Source: Octopus vulgaris (lineage: Eukaryota). Taken from it: a stretch of 64,000 nt of DNA. The position numbers were made by a program, and so were the translations under genes. The DNA lies in the NCBI GenBank assembly GCA_951406725.2, contig OX597831.1, positions 62,868,001-62,932,000 on the forward strand, given 5' to 3'. Below are positions 14,614 to 28,721 of the stretch, piece after piece; position 1 is the stretch's first letter; every line of letters begins with the position of its first letter. Below the pieces are notes generated by a model, which saw only the letters and a list, made by a program, of their open reading frames with translations, was not told where the DNA came from and searched no databases.

Positions 14614-15524
14614 TATGGAGATGCATTTGCATAGTAAGTAACCTGATCTGAGATCGTGTGCTTAAACAAAAACAATTGCAGTGTGGAAGGTGTTTATAAG
14701 CCACTTGAAAACACAAAAGCCGTTAGATTCACTTCAACATTTAAATTTGTCAAAATATTTTTGTCGCTTTGAAACCGCGACATGTTTACTGAGGAAATTC
14801 CATACTGCACGGAATTTTGCACGAAAATTATTGGTAAGATCGGCCGAGATGGATATATAATCCTTTCCACTGAAGGCAGAATGCCTTGGAATTTTGTGAG
14901 CGGGGAATAGTCAATTAAATTGACCTCAGTGTTTCACTGGTACTTTAATTCATTTCATCAAATTTGTCATGAAAACAGTACACAGATTACGTAGATTTGC
15001 GGGCTGGTCAAGACATTAATGAAATGAATGATAATGATACGAGAATGATAAGGATGAGAGAAGACAGAAAGCGCCCATCTACCCTCTGCTTCTCTATAAC
15101 ATTGATCTTTAACAACACATTACCTGAGGCAATGACCCTCTTACAATTTGTCTAAAAGGACAACAATATTAATCATTACAAATATAAAAGTATATTTACA
15201 TATTTCGGCACTAAGACTATTCTTCTTCGTCCCCGACCAGGCTGTGACCTGTCCATAGGTACTGCTCTGGATCCCGGTCAGGGTCCCAAAAATCCTTCGT
15301 AAAGGGGCTCAACGCCCTGGACATGTTGACCTCCGATATGACCTTCACAGTCACCTGCGAAGGCCAATTCGGGTTTTCGGTCCAGGTTAAGGGTTCCTCC
15401 CTCCAGCCTTCTCGCTGCAGGTTTGATAGGTTCCATTGCAATTGCCTAAAGCTGAATTTTTTTTGTTATTCGCATATTTAGCTATATATTTCATAATTAA
15501 GATCACCGCCTCGATCGAAACTTA

Positions 15525-16310
15525 CGTTACGCAAAATGCTTAGCAGTAATGTGAGTTAAAATCGCGTCATGGTCGATTTTGCCTTTCATCCTTTCTGGAT
15601 CCATAAAATAAGTTCCTGTTGAACACTGGGATCGAAGTAATCGATCACTCCTCTCTCCCAAAATTTTAGGCATTGTGCCAACTTTACTTTCTGAGTTCAA
15701 ATTCCGCAAAGGTCTGCTTTGCCTGTCATCCTTTCTGGATCTATAATATAAGTATTATTTGAGCACTTGGGTGGAAGTAATCGGCTAGACTCCTCTCCCC
15801 AAATTTCAGGCTTTGCTCCAAAATTTAAAACCAATATATCGTTTACTTTAAGGTGGCAAGTTGGCGTAAACGTTAGCTCACCGGGCGAAATGCGTAGCCG
15901 TATTTCGTCTGCCGTTACGTTCTGAGTTCAAATTCCGCCGATATCGACTTTGCCTTTCATCCTTTTGGGGTCGATAAATTAAGTACCAGTTACGCACTGG
16001 GGTTGATGTAATCGACTTAATCCCTTTGTCTGTCCTTGTTTGTCCCCTCTATGTTTAGCCCCTTGTGGGTAGTAAAGAAATATATATCGTTTTCTTTAAA
16101 GACCCTGAGCTGGTAGAACTGCTAGCGACTCCAGGCAAAATACTCGGAATGATTTCTTTATCTTCTGAGTTCAAATTCCACCAAGGTCAGCTTTGCTTCT
16201 CATCCTTTCCGGGTCGATAAATTACGTACCAGCTCAGCAACTGGAGTCGATGTGATCGACTTACACCTTTTCCTAAAATTAATAGCCTTCGACCGAAATT
16301 CGGAATCATT
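15525..16310 (+). mobile_element. Cluster of four type-1 SINE copies; best copy 15852-16081
   Basis: Repeated ttctgagttcaaattcc / gcctttcatccttt core. Copy 15852-16081 is flanked by an 18-bp TSD atatatcgttt(a/t)ctttaa (15834-15851, 16082-16099). Confidence 0.85.
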
Positions 16311-17114
16311 ATTGATAATTACTTTATGATTATAAATAAATATAATACTTCCTTAACTCTCTTTGAAATGATATATGATATACTAAATCTTATTCTAAAA
16401 AGAACCAGTCTGTTGAGGAAGGGAGATTATGTTTTGAAATACGCGTATCTAACAAGTTAACTGTCAGATTTCATTTATGTAGGTTGCATTATTGATTATT
16501 TTTCCGTGTTTTTCTTTTTTCCCCCTTCTTATTTCCTACAACGTAATGGTAAAATATAGAAGTTTCTAACATTTGCGTCAGTGACCGATCAATATTTCGT
16601 TCCATTTTTCTTTACTGACTGCAAGCATTTCAAATATTTTATTTTCAAGTTTTCACAGATATTTTTTTTCCTCTTCATTTCTCTTCTTAGTTTCTCTCCG
16701 AACATAAACGTGTTAATTTATAATTCAACAAAAAGATGCTCTAAGAGTTTTGTTTTCTTTTTCAAGTGTTTCTTGCAGTTGTAGAATTCCTTTCTTTTCT
16801 TTTATTCCAATTTCATATTTTACTTTCAATTCTTTTATTCTACTGTTTTTTTTTTTCCTGAAAGACATAAACAAGACGGAAGTGCAGCTTATTCCAATGA
16901 TATTTCTATTATTTCTACATGAATGAGTAAAATTAAGCATTTTTTTTCCATCGATAATAAACTTAAAACTAATAAAATCAAATAACATAAAACATGAATT
17001 CGTATATAACTGTGTGTGTATATATATATATATGTGTGAGTGTGTGGGCATGTGTGTGCATTTATTTGCATATGACCGCGTGTATGAATGTCTGCAGATT
17101 TATATATATATATA

Positions 17115-17148
<34 letters not shown>

Positions 17149-17498
17149 TGTATATATATCTATATATATATATATATATATATATTGAAGCAATAATTAT
17201 GAATAAATGTGTATGCATGTGTGTATAAATATATATATATATGTGTGTGTGCGTGCATGCATGTCTGTGTAAATCGGCGTGTATACGAGTGTATTTATAG
17301 CTAAATTGCATGTATATATATATATATATATATATAAGTATATTAGTGTGTACCTATATGTGGGTACACGCAGACAGATGGCTAAGTGTATCATTATTGC
17401 AAACGTGTGTACGGCATTGTATAAAGATATTTATTGTGTGTAGTAATAACCCTTTCATATTAAGACATTAATACACGTGTTTATGTTTACATAAATAG

Positions 17499-17564
<66 letters not shown>

Positions 17565-17759
17565 TTATATATATACACACATACATGTGTATGTATGTAT
17601 GGATAGATGGATGAATGAAGGGATGGGTGGATGCATGGATGGATGGATTCATGGATGAATGCAAGTATGTATGTATGTATATATATACGTTTTGATATAA
17701 TACATACACATATATTAATATATTTTGCTTAGGTACTGCAATATTAACAACTTGGTTTG

Positions 17760-17890
17760 AAGCACCGATGAAGCTTTAGGGTGAAACTCAAGCAGTCAAA
17801 TTTGAGTTTATTGCACCCTGTAACAGAAACAACTGTAGGCTAACGAAGTTCAAAACATAATTGTTTATTCCTTTGTCAACCCATCTTTAT
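17760..17890 (+). mobile_element. pLTR-like remnant with degenerate hammerhead (long stem II)
   Basis: ccgatga (17765-17771), paired segments agggtg/caccct and aaactcaa/ttgagttt, GAAAC-aact-GTA (17826-17837); ends in TA-rich sequence. Confidence 0.4.
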
Positions 17891-18617
17891 ATAAATATCT
17901 ATATATGTATGTACTTATGTATGTGTGTTTGTGTGTGTATAACAAAATATATATAAGTGTGTATACATGCTCGTGTATGTGACGCGTGCGTATATGCTCT
18001 TCTGTGCGAATATGTATATAATTTTTCAGGTGCCTATATGTATAAAATAATTAACATTTGTCTTGCTATTTTAACATTGTGACGTGTGTTAATAAATGTG
18101 ATTGCGCAAGGAATATATAATGCCCTTTAAACTTCGAACGTAAGATTAAAAATAGGGTTTGCAGGTGTAAAGTTACATTAGAAAACAAAGAGTATCTCTA
18201 TATAGGTACCAGCTCACGTTTTATTAAACAAAGAATATATATATGGCTAAATCTTATACAACACCGTGTAAAAGGTGAACATTTTGCGTAGAGGAAATGT
18301 ACCAAATTTTCATTTCTAAATTTAATATAATAAACGCAAGAGAAGAACGTGCTCTAAGATGCCTGCATGCAAGAAATTTTACGCTTAAACAATTCCAATA
18401 AATGCATTACACTTTATAAAATAATAAAGATTATTAGAATAACAAATGTGAAAAATAGGACCAAGAAGTAAATGAAAATTAATTCAATATCTCTAAACTA
18501 AGAATATTCTCTTTGAAATGTGTGGAATGGTAAACTTCTAGTAGTAATAATAAATCTACATAAACATTCAGTCTGACCTTTACTCTAGGAAAATTATGTC
18601 TATATATATATGTGTGC

Positions 18618-18657
<40 letters not shown>

Positions 18658-18690
18658 ATTTATATATATATATATTTATGTATGTATATT

Positions 18691-18721
<31 letters not shown>

Positions 18722-18747
18722 ATATATATGTATATATAAATATATAC

Positions 18748-18868
18748 AGGCCTGCTCACTTAGCCAGCGGGGTGACGTCATTTGAAAGCTAAAACAATGC
18801 GAAGTGCATTGTGACCAGCGATGCGTAGCAACATCTGTTAGCCTGGTCGGTCACGTGATCACGTGATA
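18748..18868 (+). mobile_element. 3' fragment of type-3 SINE
   Basis: Matches 36655-36776 (ggcctgctc...aaaacaatgcgaag...ggtcggtc). Confidence 0.8.
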
Positions 18869-18880
18869 AATATATACATA

Positions 18881-18930
<50 letters not shown>

Positions 18931-18976
18931 CATATATATATATATATATGCATGTATGTGTGTATATATATATATA

Positions 18977-19350
18977 CTAGCAGTATCGCCCGGCGTTGCT
19001 CAGGTTTGTAAGGGAAATAACTATAAAGCATTTTTAGAGAGTTATAGCCAAAAAATAGCAAAAAAATGGAAAAAAATGATGGTAAATTTTTTTTTTAGTT
19101 AAAAAAGGTGGAATTGCGTCCCCTAGACAGTTTGTGTTTCTGATTCTGGACCCCATGTCGAATTTATCGATTTTTTTCAGAACTGGTGGAACTTTTCAAA
19201 ATTTTCGCTGCGTTAGTTATGAATTATGACATTGGGCTATGTGTGTGTCAAGTTTCATCAGAATCGGTTGAAAGCCGTGGTCAGGGTGAAGGTACAAGCA
19301 AACAGACACACAGAAACACGCACAGACAAACTGCCGTTTATATATATAGA
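18977..19350 (-). mobile_element. Non-autonomous Helitron
   Basis: Minus strand begins TC (19350) after A and ends CTAG (18977) before T; subterminal GC hairpin cccggcgttgctcagg; (acag)-like repeat near the 5' end. Confidence 0.75.
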
Positions 19351-19388
19351 TATATATATATATATATATACATACATACACACATACA

Positions 19389-19458
<70 letters not shown>

Positions 19459-21639
19459 GGGTGGTTGTCTACTACTTATGCAGAGTTTGAGCACCCCTAT
19501 ACCTACACCTTAGAACCATCATGGCATCTGATATCGTTTTTTCTTTTTAACCAGAAAATGTTCTGAAAAGACACCCACATAGATTGCACATCCGGTCTGG
19601 ACCACCAAGCGCTGCAGATAAATTCTGATCTTTGTGGATCTTAAAATGTATTTTGAGGCCTCTGTTAGATTGGTAAACACCTCCTTGTAAAATTCAGTAA
19701 ATTCAATAAATACCCACTCTACTTTCAGAAAAGAAAATACAAGAGGATCAGGGAATTTTGATGTTTCGGCTTGCTTGCTTCATCTGTCAGCTTGATAACG
19801 TCACCAGAATCTCACTTACTTTGGGATCTCATTATATTTATATAGTTTTACGCATGGTTATTTTTTATTGTTTTTTTTATTTCATCGGTGGGCCAATGTG
19901 AGGATAATTACCTGAGTTTAGTCTTTGGGATCAGTGAATTATGGTTTTATTCAACATATTCCTCTCTCAAACTCACACACGTTTTTGCTTGAATGTTTCA
20001 GTTTTACTTAGAACTGTAAAAGAATGCAAAAGTTTGGGCCTCCAGCTAGGCCTTTCGCGATACCCTTAAAGCCAGGAAATTTTCAGCAAGCCCTCGTACA
20101 TATAAAGTGTAGGTTTGAAGATTTTGCACAAACTGAAAATCCAATCCTACCACGCATAAACACACAGAAACACACATATGCACGAACAGACACTCACGCA
20201 CAACAAATCTCACACATTTATATTCATTTAAGTTCTCCAGACAGTGGATTTCTCTATCGATTTCATATATCTAGAACGGAGAAGAGAATTTTCCTCCTTT
20301 TCTTTCTTGTTACATACACGTATCTCTGTAAGTGTGCATATGCGTGCGTTTGTATGCTTCTATACGTTTGTGTGTGTGGAGAGTGCAATATTAGAGATCT
20401 TTTATTAATATTTAGAGCAAACACCAGCATATTTACTGATGGCAAATTCACTATAGTTAGCAACAGTCAAATTTATTAATCATTTCGATTTAATTAGAAC
20501 CTTTAATTTCGTCTAATTTGACGTTCTGCTCTATATAAGCGCTTCTGTATTTATGGCGTGTATGCGTGCATGCGTGCTTGCCTCTATACGTATGCCTCTT
20601 TTTTATATTATATACGATTATAGATGAATATAATATTTTACTTTATATTTATATATGTGTGTATAGGTGTGTGTGTGTGTGTGTGTGTACGTATACACTT
20701 GTGTTCCTCAGGTAACGTATTTCTCCCTTGCATGCGTTTCTTATATCTTATTGTTCCGAGCTCATAGAAAACGTTAACGATACAACCTAATATTACGAGA
20801 TTTTGTTTAGTTCTTATAAATAAATGGCACACCATTAAAGAACTCGGTTACATATGTATTATTGCTAGAATATATGTTTGCCAATGTAGAAAGGCAATTA
20901 CATTTGCTTAGTTTTCTATCTGACCTGCGTGATTCCATTAAATCCGAAACTAAAGCAAACTAATGTAGACTAAACTAGATATATCCATTTAGATTGCATG
21001 ACTTGCTATTCAAGGGAAATATAAATTACTGTAAACTACTTTGAATTATCATTTGGTTGTTGCTCTCTATTGATTGGTATCAACACTCTGTCGGAATGCT
21101 GTTTTACTGAAATTCTGTTCAATTAATGCAAAAATATTACCCACCTAGCGAAGTAAAAGTATGTGTCTAGCATATAGTCATGAATAAGTGACAAGCTGCA
21201 TGAGCTAGGCTACAGATACATAAAGATGTTACTGATATTCAAACATTATTTATTGATGAGAAAGCATTTGTACAATGAATGGTTTCATTGTGGTTTTTTC
21301 TTATCTCTACCTTTATTATTGACTTTTGTGCAGTAATCATGATTTTATAACTAAATTCTGAAACCCACTACCTGTCGTTGTTTTTTGCCTCGGGCTATTA
21401 CAGTACAACAGTTCAAACGGAATATTAACTATCGTCTCATTCAAGATTTATTGAACCCCTCCTCTCTTCTTAGATTAACTACTGCTAAAATTAACGATAG
21501 ACGTATTTTCTCATTAGTTTTGTCGTCTACTTCTGCAACAAAAAATGTCTGTCCTTTCGAAATTATTACTTCATATACCAATATTGTGTGGTATTTTGCG
21601 AGCAATTTAACTACTACAACGCTGAACTTGATTATTGGT

Positions 21640-21929
21640 CACAAATTGTGCCAGAAGGCCAGCGATTGTGAGCGAGGGGTAAGTCTATTTCATCGACACC
21701 GAAAGGATCGAAAACAATGACGACTGCAACGGAATCTGAGCTCACTACGTAAAGACGGACGAAATACCTATTTCTTTACTACCCACAAGGGGCTAAACAC
21801 AGAGAAGACAAACAAGGACAGACAAACGAATTAAATTAATTATATCGACCCCAGGGCGTAACTGGTACTTATTTAATCGACCCCGAAAGGATGAAAGGCA
21901 AAGTCGACCTCGGCGGAATTTGAACTCAG
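21640..21929 (-). mobile_element. Two adjacent type-1 SINE pieces; the second is cut by (GAA)n
   Basis: tttctttactacccacaaggggctaaac...atcgaccccgaaaggatgaaaggc...ggaatttgaactcaga is the reverse complement of 15852-16081. Confidence 0.8.
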
Positions 21930-22069
21930 AAGAAGAAGAAGAAGAAAGCAGCAGAAGAAGAAGAAGAAGAAGAAGAAGAAGAAGAAGAAGAAGAAGAAGA
22001 AGAAGAAGAAGAAGAAGAAGAAGAAAAAGAAGAAAAAGAAGAAGAAGAATGAGGATAGTCCTCCCCGTC

Positions 22070-22345
22070 GAAATCGATAATACTACCGACCGTGACAAAT
22101 TTAGAATGTGTAGAAAAAGAGGTGAAACGGTATGTCATATGGTTAGCGAATGCCCGAAATTCACACAACGTGAATACAAATGACGTCAATACAATATGGC
22201 AAGGATGATCTCTTGGGAGCTTTGTGGAAATCACGGTCTACAAAGAGGAAAAGTGCCAGAAGTAATCACCGAGAATGAAATCCTGTGGGATGCAATGAAT
22301 CAGTGCTCATGGGAACTGCTTATATCCTACGTAAACTTATTGGCT
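22070..22345 (+). pseudogene. Decayed RLE non-LTR retrotransposon fragment
   Basis: FRMCRKRGETVCHMVSECPKFTQREYK (knuckle region), ILWD and MGTAYILR remnants; internally deleted. Confidence 0.65.
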
Positions 22346-23058
22346 ATGTAATCGCGAAAACATTTTAATCTGTAAACAGTGATAAAATACTTTTTAAATA
22401 TACATAAAAGCCAACAGCTTTTACTGTCATCTTAATAATCACATCATCATCTTATAATTAAAGTACTTTTAAAACAAACTTTTAATTTGCTTATGTTTTG
22501 ATAGACCTTTTCTAGAACAGTACTCTGTGAAAAACCTAGTATATGGTACCCTACTAATAAAACAACATTGAGCATCTAACTTCTTGTCTGTTGGGGTTCT
22601 TTGGGTGAGACTTGGTGTCAACTTGTCTAAACAGAAAGCAAATAGCTAAACATGGAAAAAGAAGAAGAAGAAGAAGAAGAAGAAGAAGAAGAAGAAAAAG
22701 AAGGGGATAGAGAAAAAGAAGAAGAAGAAGAGGAAGAAGAAGAGGAAGAAAAAGAAGAAGGGGAAGAGAAAGAAGTGGATAGAGAAGAAGAAAAAGAAAA
22801 AGGATAGAGAAAAAAGTAGAAGAAGAAGAAGAAGAAGAATGAGGATAGTCTTCCCCGTCCGTTTAAGCGTATGAGTGTTTGAAAGAGTGGACTTAAATAT
22901 TGCAGAAAGAAATCACAGAAAGAAGGGAAAATGGCAATAATAATAATAATAATAATAATGATAATAATAATAATAATAAAAAAATAATAATAATAATAAT
23001 AATAATGAATAGTAACTTAAATAAAATGAATAAAAATAATATAATAAATAATAAAAAT

Positions 23059-23090
<32 letters not shown>

Positions 23091-23151
23091 ATATATACAT
23101 ATATATATATATGTGTGTGTGTGTGTATAATAACAAATGAATAAAAAAGAA

Positions 23152-23580
23152 AGAACATGCGACCAGACATCGGAAAACGGACATTGTTGTGGTGAATAAA
23201 ATAGAAATAACATGTATGATAATGGCATAGCATGCCCCGGTGACAACAGATTCAATGTGAAAAAAGAAAAAAAAGAAATAAACAACTATGACGATCTAAA
23301 GTGGGAAATACAATGGTTGTGGTCAATGAAGAGAGTAAACGTGATTCTAATAGTAAATGGTGCACTTGGAAGTATTAGCACTCAACTACCAACATAGCTC
23401 AAAAAGATCGATGCAAACGTGGAGTTAGAACAACTACAAAAATCAGCATTGCTTGGAACTGCAGGAATTCTTGGCAGTGTTCTAGAAAGTCAGACTAGTA
23501 AGCAAGTGTTGAGCTTAGTCTGATGGTTGTGAAAAGCTGACACTTTCCATCATACCTAGCAAAATAAACCGTGAGTTTTC

Positions 23581-23582
<2 letters not shown>
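23152..23582 (+). mobile_element. 3' fragment of RLE retrotransposon, family C
   Basis: IACPGDNR...YDDLKWEIQWLW...GALG...QKSALLGTAGIL; ends at (TAA)n. Confidence 0.8.
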
Positions 23583-23657
<75 letters not shown>

Positions 23658-26305
23658 GGGAAGGAGAAATAGGGAAGGAGAAAGTAACCGTTAAAGACCC
23701 CCCTCCCATGGAAGAAGTTCAAAACTTTAGGAAAAGGATTTGGAGTGACAAGAAGACGTACAACATAAATGCAGACTGGATTATACAAACTGAAGGATCC
23801 TACCAAAATTTACAACAACAAGCATGGGAAGACATCACAATAGCAGACCTAAGAAAGGCACTCACGAAGGCCCATAATTGGAAATCCCCCGGTAAAGATA
23901 GGGTGCCGAATTTCTGGCTCGCATCGCTCCCGTGCGCACACGGTAAGCTAGTTCAGCTGCTCAATGGAATTATGAGAGACCCAAAGAAAACACCTGAATG
24001 GTTAGCAAGTGGCATTACTTACCTACTCCCAAAGAATAACGAAACCAACCTTCCAAAAAACTATCGGCCTATAACCTGTCTATCCACCACGTATAAAATC
24101 CTAACATCTATCCTGGCGGAGAAAACATATGCATTCATGGAGAAGAACGATATTTTCCCCATTGAACAAAAAGGGTGCCGCCGAGGCTCTTACGGATGCA
24201 AAGATCAACTGCTAATCAATCGTATGATCCTTGAGAACTGTCATAACAAGCGCAGAAATCTCAGCACCGCATGGATTGACTATAAAAAGGCCTTCGACAG
24301 TATACCGCATCCATGGATCTTGAGATCGCTGGACATCTTCAAAATTTCCCCTGTGATTTCAAACTTCCTGAAGCACAATATGTCGTTGTGGAATACGAAT
24401 CTCCAATTATACCACTCTAATGGAGTACTTGCCTAAGAAAATATAAACATCAACTGTGGAATTTTTCAAGGTGACTCACTTTCACCTTTAATATTCTGCA
24501 TAGCCCTAATACCCCTTACAAGTGAATTAAACAGAACAGGGTATGGGTATAAAATTGCCAATAAAAAAATAAGCCATCTATTTTATATGGATGACTTAAA
24601 ACTTTATGGTAAAGACAATAATGAACTTGAAGGCCTATTGCGCACCGTGAAAGCATTCAGCGATGACATCGGGATGGAGTTTGGACTTGAGAAGTGTGCC
24701 AAGGCCACTTTCCAGAAAGGGAAAGTGAAGACCACAAATTCAGTCGTGTTAGATGTTGACACAGTCATAAAAGAGCTTGAGCAAGAACAAACATACAAAT
24801 ATTTAGGGATAAATGAAGGCTCTGGTATTCAGCATGCAAGCATGAAAGAGAAGATCAGGAAGGAATGTTATAGGAGAGTTCGTGCAGTCCTGAAATCTGA
24901 ACTAAATGCACGTAACAAGGTGTTAGCTATAAATTCCTTAGCAGTTCCAGTTGTTACTTATAGCTACAATGTGTTGAACTGGAATATGAGTGAAGTAAAG
25001 AATATAGATAGAAAAATACGCAAGCTGCTGAGTTGTAATAGGATGCACCACCCAAAGGCAGACGTAGATCGCCGTTACCTTCCCAGAGCCCAAGGAGGTC
25101 GAGGCCTGATCCAATTTGAACTAGCTTACAAAACAACCACAATTGGACTGGCCAAATATCTCGAAATATCGAATGACTGGATGCTAAAGCTCGTGGAAAA
25201 TCACGAGAGACGAAAGAAGCTTCATTCTATCATCAAGGAAAGCAAAAAATTTGCTATTGATCTCGTGCAGGATACCCAAACTGAACAACCCGAGGGAAGT
25301 ACGGCAACTATTGTTGCAAAGAAGGTGAAAATGATAGCAATGAAAAAAGCGCACGAGCAATTGGCTGATAGGTGGAGGAGAAACCACTGCACGGCAAATA
25401 TGTGACCCGCAGCAAACAAGCTGATGTTGACCAGAAGCAAACCCATCAGTGGTTGCGGAGCTCAGGGCTAAAAGCAGAGAGCGAAGGTTTCATCCTGGCT
25501 GCTCAAGACCAAAGCCTATTAACCCGGAACTACCAGGCCAATGTGATGAAAAATGGAGCAGACCCAAAATGCCGATTCTGCAACGACATGATTGAAACAG
25601 TGGACCACCTAATCTCTGGATGTAAAGTCTTAGCACCAGTGGAGTATAAATTAAGACATGACAGAGTTGGCCAATATCTCCACTGGCTAATAAGTCGGCA
25701 TTACAATATCAAAACTGCCGACAAGTGGTATAATCACCACCCTGAGGCTGTAACTGAAGGAGAAAATGTAACCATTCTGTGGGACTTTCCAGTACATACA
25801 GACCGAACCATCAAGGCCAATAAACCAGATATTGTTGTGAAAGACCAAAACAATAAAGTTTGCTTATTGATCGACATGAGCATCCCCTGTGATCATAATA
25901 TCTCAGCGAAAGAGTTTGACAAGCTCAGAAAATATAAAGACCTACTCATTGAAATTGAGAAAATGTGGCATCTCAAGGCGGTTACAATACCAGTGATCGT
26001 AGGAGCACTAGGAATGATCAAGAAGGGAACCGAAAATTATATGAGAATGATCCCTGGCTTACCATCCCTGCAAGAAGTGCAAAAGATTGTCTTAACTGGT
26101 ACATCACACGTATTGAGAAGAGCATTGTCGATGTGAGAACTGTTGCTGCTCATGTATTTTAATTTAACTTTAAAAAAAAAAAATGAACGAACTACTGAGT
26201 TTGGTTTAATGGCCTACCAATATACACTATGAGTTTCTTTGCCCTAGGAGTCGGGAAGACACTCGGCAAGAAATGGAAGAACATTTGAAAGCAGAAAAAA
26301 AAAAG
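23658..26305 (+). mobile_element. 5'-truncated, little-decayed RLE non-LTR retrotransposon (R4/Dong-like), family B
   Basis: ORFs 23708-24436, 24587-25405 and 25372-26136 join into one RT+RLE frame (KSPGKD, NYRPITCL, WIDYKKAFDS, GIFQGDSLSP, YMDD, YKYLG, CCHC, KPDIV) with one in-frame stop (24434) and one frameshift (~25375). (TAA)n both sides. Confidence 0.95.
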
Positions 26306-26336
26306 TAATAATGATAATAATAATAATAATAATAAA

Positions 26337-26891
26337 TGCCCTGATGCAGTACCAGGCAGTGGCTCTCATGGCTTCTGATCTTAACTGATTGGAAGTGTTA
26401 TCATGTACATTGTTTTGTCTTGGTATAAAAGATGGGCTACAGCAAATATTCTGCTCAATACCACACATTTGCTTGTCAGTTGTTTGACCTTAATCAGTTG
26501 AGCATGTCCCTTAGTGGCTGACGATATGTGCATCTCTGATCACGAGCAGAAGTAGTGGGGGAGCATCATAGCCATGTGTTGAGAGGGATTCTTTGGGGTT
26601 TGAATAATTCACCTCTGGAAACATGGGTGGTTCTTTCAACATCCTTAAACAACCCTTATTCAGGGACCTTTTGAGAAGGATGGGCTACTCAACCTGAAGA
26701 AAATTCTAACTAGGCCCCACCTGCAAGGTCATGTGCTGTTTATCTTGATATGAGATCACCATGTCGCGCACATATGGTTGTGATGTATGTGCCTGGTGTA
26801 CCTTTATCAGACGGGTAGTCATGATGGGTATATTGGGCTTCGTATATTTTACCCCAGTGTCACTTTGATGGCATGAACTGCTCTCTCACTC
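26337..26891 (+). mobile_element. Non-coding ~555-bp (TAA)n-inserted element X, copy 1
   Basis: Closely similar to 27081-27636 with the same ends; bounded by (TAA)n; no credible ORF. Strand inferred from the truncation of copy 3. Confidence 0.8.
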
Positions 26892-27080
<189 letters not shown>

Positions 27081-27636
27081 TGCCCTGATGCAATACCAGG
27101 CAGTGGCTCTCATGGCTTCTGATCTTAACTGATTGGAAGGATTATCACGTACATTGTTTTGTCTTGGTATAAAAGATGGGCTACAGCAAATATTTTGCTC
27201 AATAGCACAGATTTGCTTGTCAGTTGTTTTACCATAACCAGTTGAGCATATCCCTTAGTGGCTGATGATATGTGCATATCTGATCACGAGCAGAAGTAGT
27301 CGGGGAGCATCATAGCAATGTGTTGAGAGGGATTCTTTGGGGTTTGAATAATTCACCTCCGGAAACATTGGTGGATCTTTCAACATCCTTAAACAACCTT
27401 TATTCAGGGACCTTTTGAGCGGGATGGGCTACTCAACCTGAAGAAAATTCTTACTGGGCCCCCACCTGCAAGGTCATATGCTGTTTATCTTGAAGTGAGA
27501 TCACCATGTCGCGCACATATGGTTGTGATGCATGTGCCTGGCGTACCCTTATCAGACGGGTAATCATGATGTGTGTGTTGGGCTTCGTATATTTTACCCC
27601 AGTGTCACTTTGATGGCATGAACTGCTCTCTCACTC
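27081..27636 (+). mobile_element. Element X, copy 2
   Basis: Same termini as copy 1 (tgccctgatgca ... ctctctcactc), scattered substitutions. Confidence 0.8.
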
Positions 27637-27699
<63 letters not shown>

Positions 27700-27700
27700 C

Positions 27701-27735
<35 letters not shown>

Positions 27736-27739
<4 letters not shown>

Positions 27740-28159
27740 TAAAGCCAACAGACCAGATATAGTTGTCAGAGATCATGAAGAAAAAATGCTTTCTAATTGA
27801 TGTATCAATACCGGCTGATGACAACGTGTCTCTAAAAGAAATGGAGAAACTCTCAAAATACAAAGACCTGGAAATAGAGGTAACTAGAATGTGGAATCTG
27901 AAAACAGAAACAATTCCTATCATAGTAGGTGCATTAGGCATGATAAAAAAATATTCAGACAAATACATAACAAAAACACCAGGACTTACAAACACATATA
28001 ACATACAGAAAATTGCACTACTAGGCACTGCACACATCCTACGCAGAACACTTTCCATACAATAACCATCAGAGCATCCCAACAAATCACAGCACACACC
28101 CAAGGCACACAGAGCTGCGCTCGGTAGTGAAGTGAAGGCACGCTATAAAAATAAAACTA

Positions 28160-28162
<3 letters not shown>
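27736..28162 (+). mobile_element. Short 3' fragment of RLE family A
   Basis: Nearly identical to ~9053-9481, including the 3' UTR; (TAA)n both sides. Confidence 0.9.
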
Positions 28163-28255
<93 letters not shown>

Positions 28256-28256
<1 letters not shown>

Positions 28257-28651
28257 GTTCAGCATGTCCCTTAGTGGTTGACGATATGTGCATCTCTGAT
28301 CACGAGCAGAAGTAGTCGGGGAGCAACATAGCAATGTGTTGAGAGGGATTGTTTGGGGTTTGAATAATTCACGTCTGGAAACATGGGTGTTTTGTTCAAC
28401 ATCCTTAAACAACCCTTATTCAAGGAGATTTTGAGCCGGATGGGTTACTCGACCAGAAGAAAATTCTAACTGGGCCCCACCTGCAAGGTCATGCGCTCTT
28501 TATCTCGATATAAGATCACCATGTCACGCACATATGTTTGTGATGCATGTGCCTAGTGTACCCTTATCAGACGGGTAATCATGATGGGTATACTGGGCTT
28601 CGTATATTTTATCCCAGTGTCATTTTGATGGCATTCACTGCTCTCGCACTC
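28256..28651 (+). mobile_element. Element X, copy 3 (5'-truncated)
   Basis: Lacks the first ~160 bp, keeps the same 3' end, more diverged; (TAA)n both sides. Confidence 0.8.

Positions 28652-28721
<70 letters not shown>

Noticed and set aside
15217-15441. 74-aa minus-strand ORF in a GC-richer patch
   Set aside because: No recognisable motif or good splice acceptor; probably a repeat remnant.
19456-20150. DNA transposon with degenerate ~50-bp TIRs (gtagg...acctacac)
   Set aside because: Match is loose and no TSD is visible; insufficient support.
22047-22860. (GAA)n + aatgaggatagtc(c/t)tccccgtc repeated at ~22048 and ~22838
   Set aside because: Real short duplication, but most simply a local microsatellite-mediated rearrangement; no element boundaries definable.
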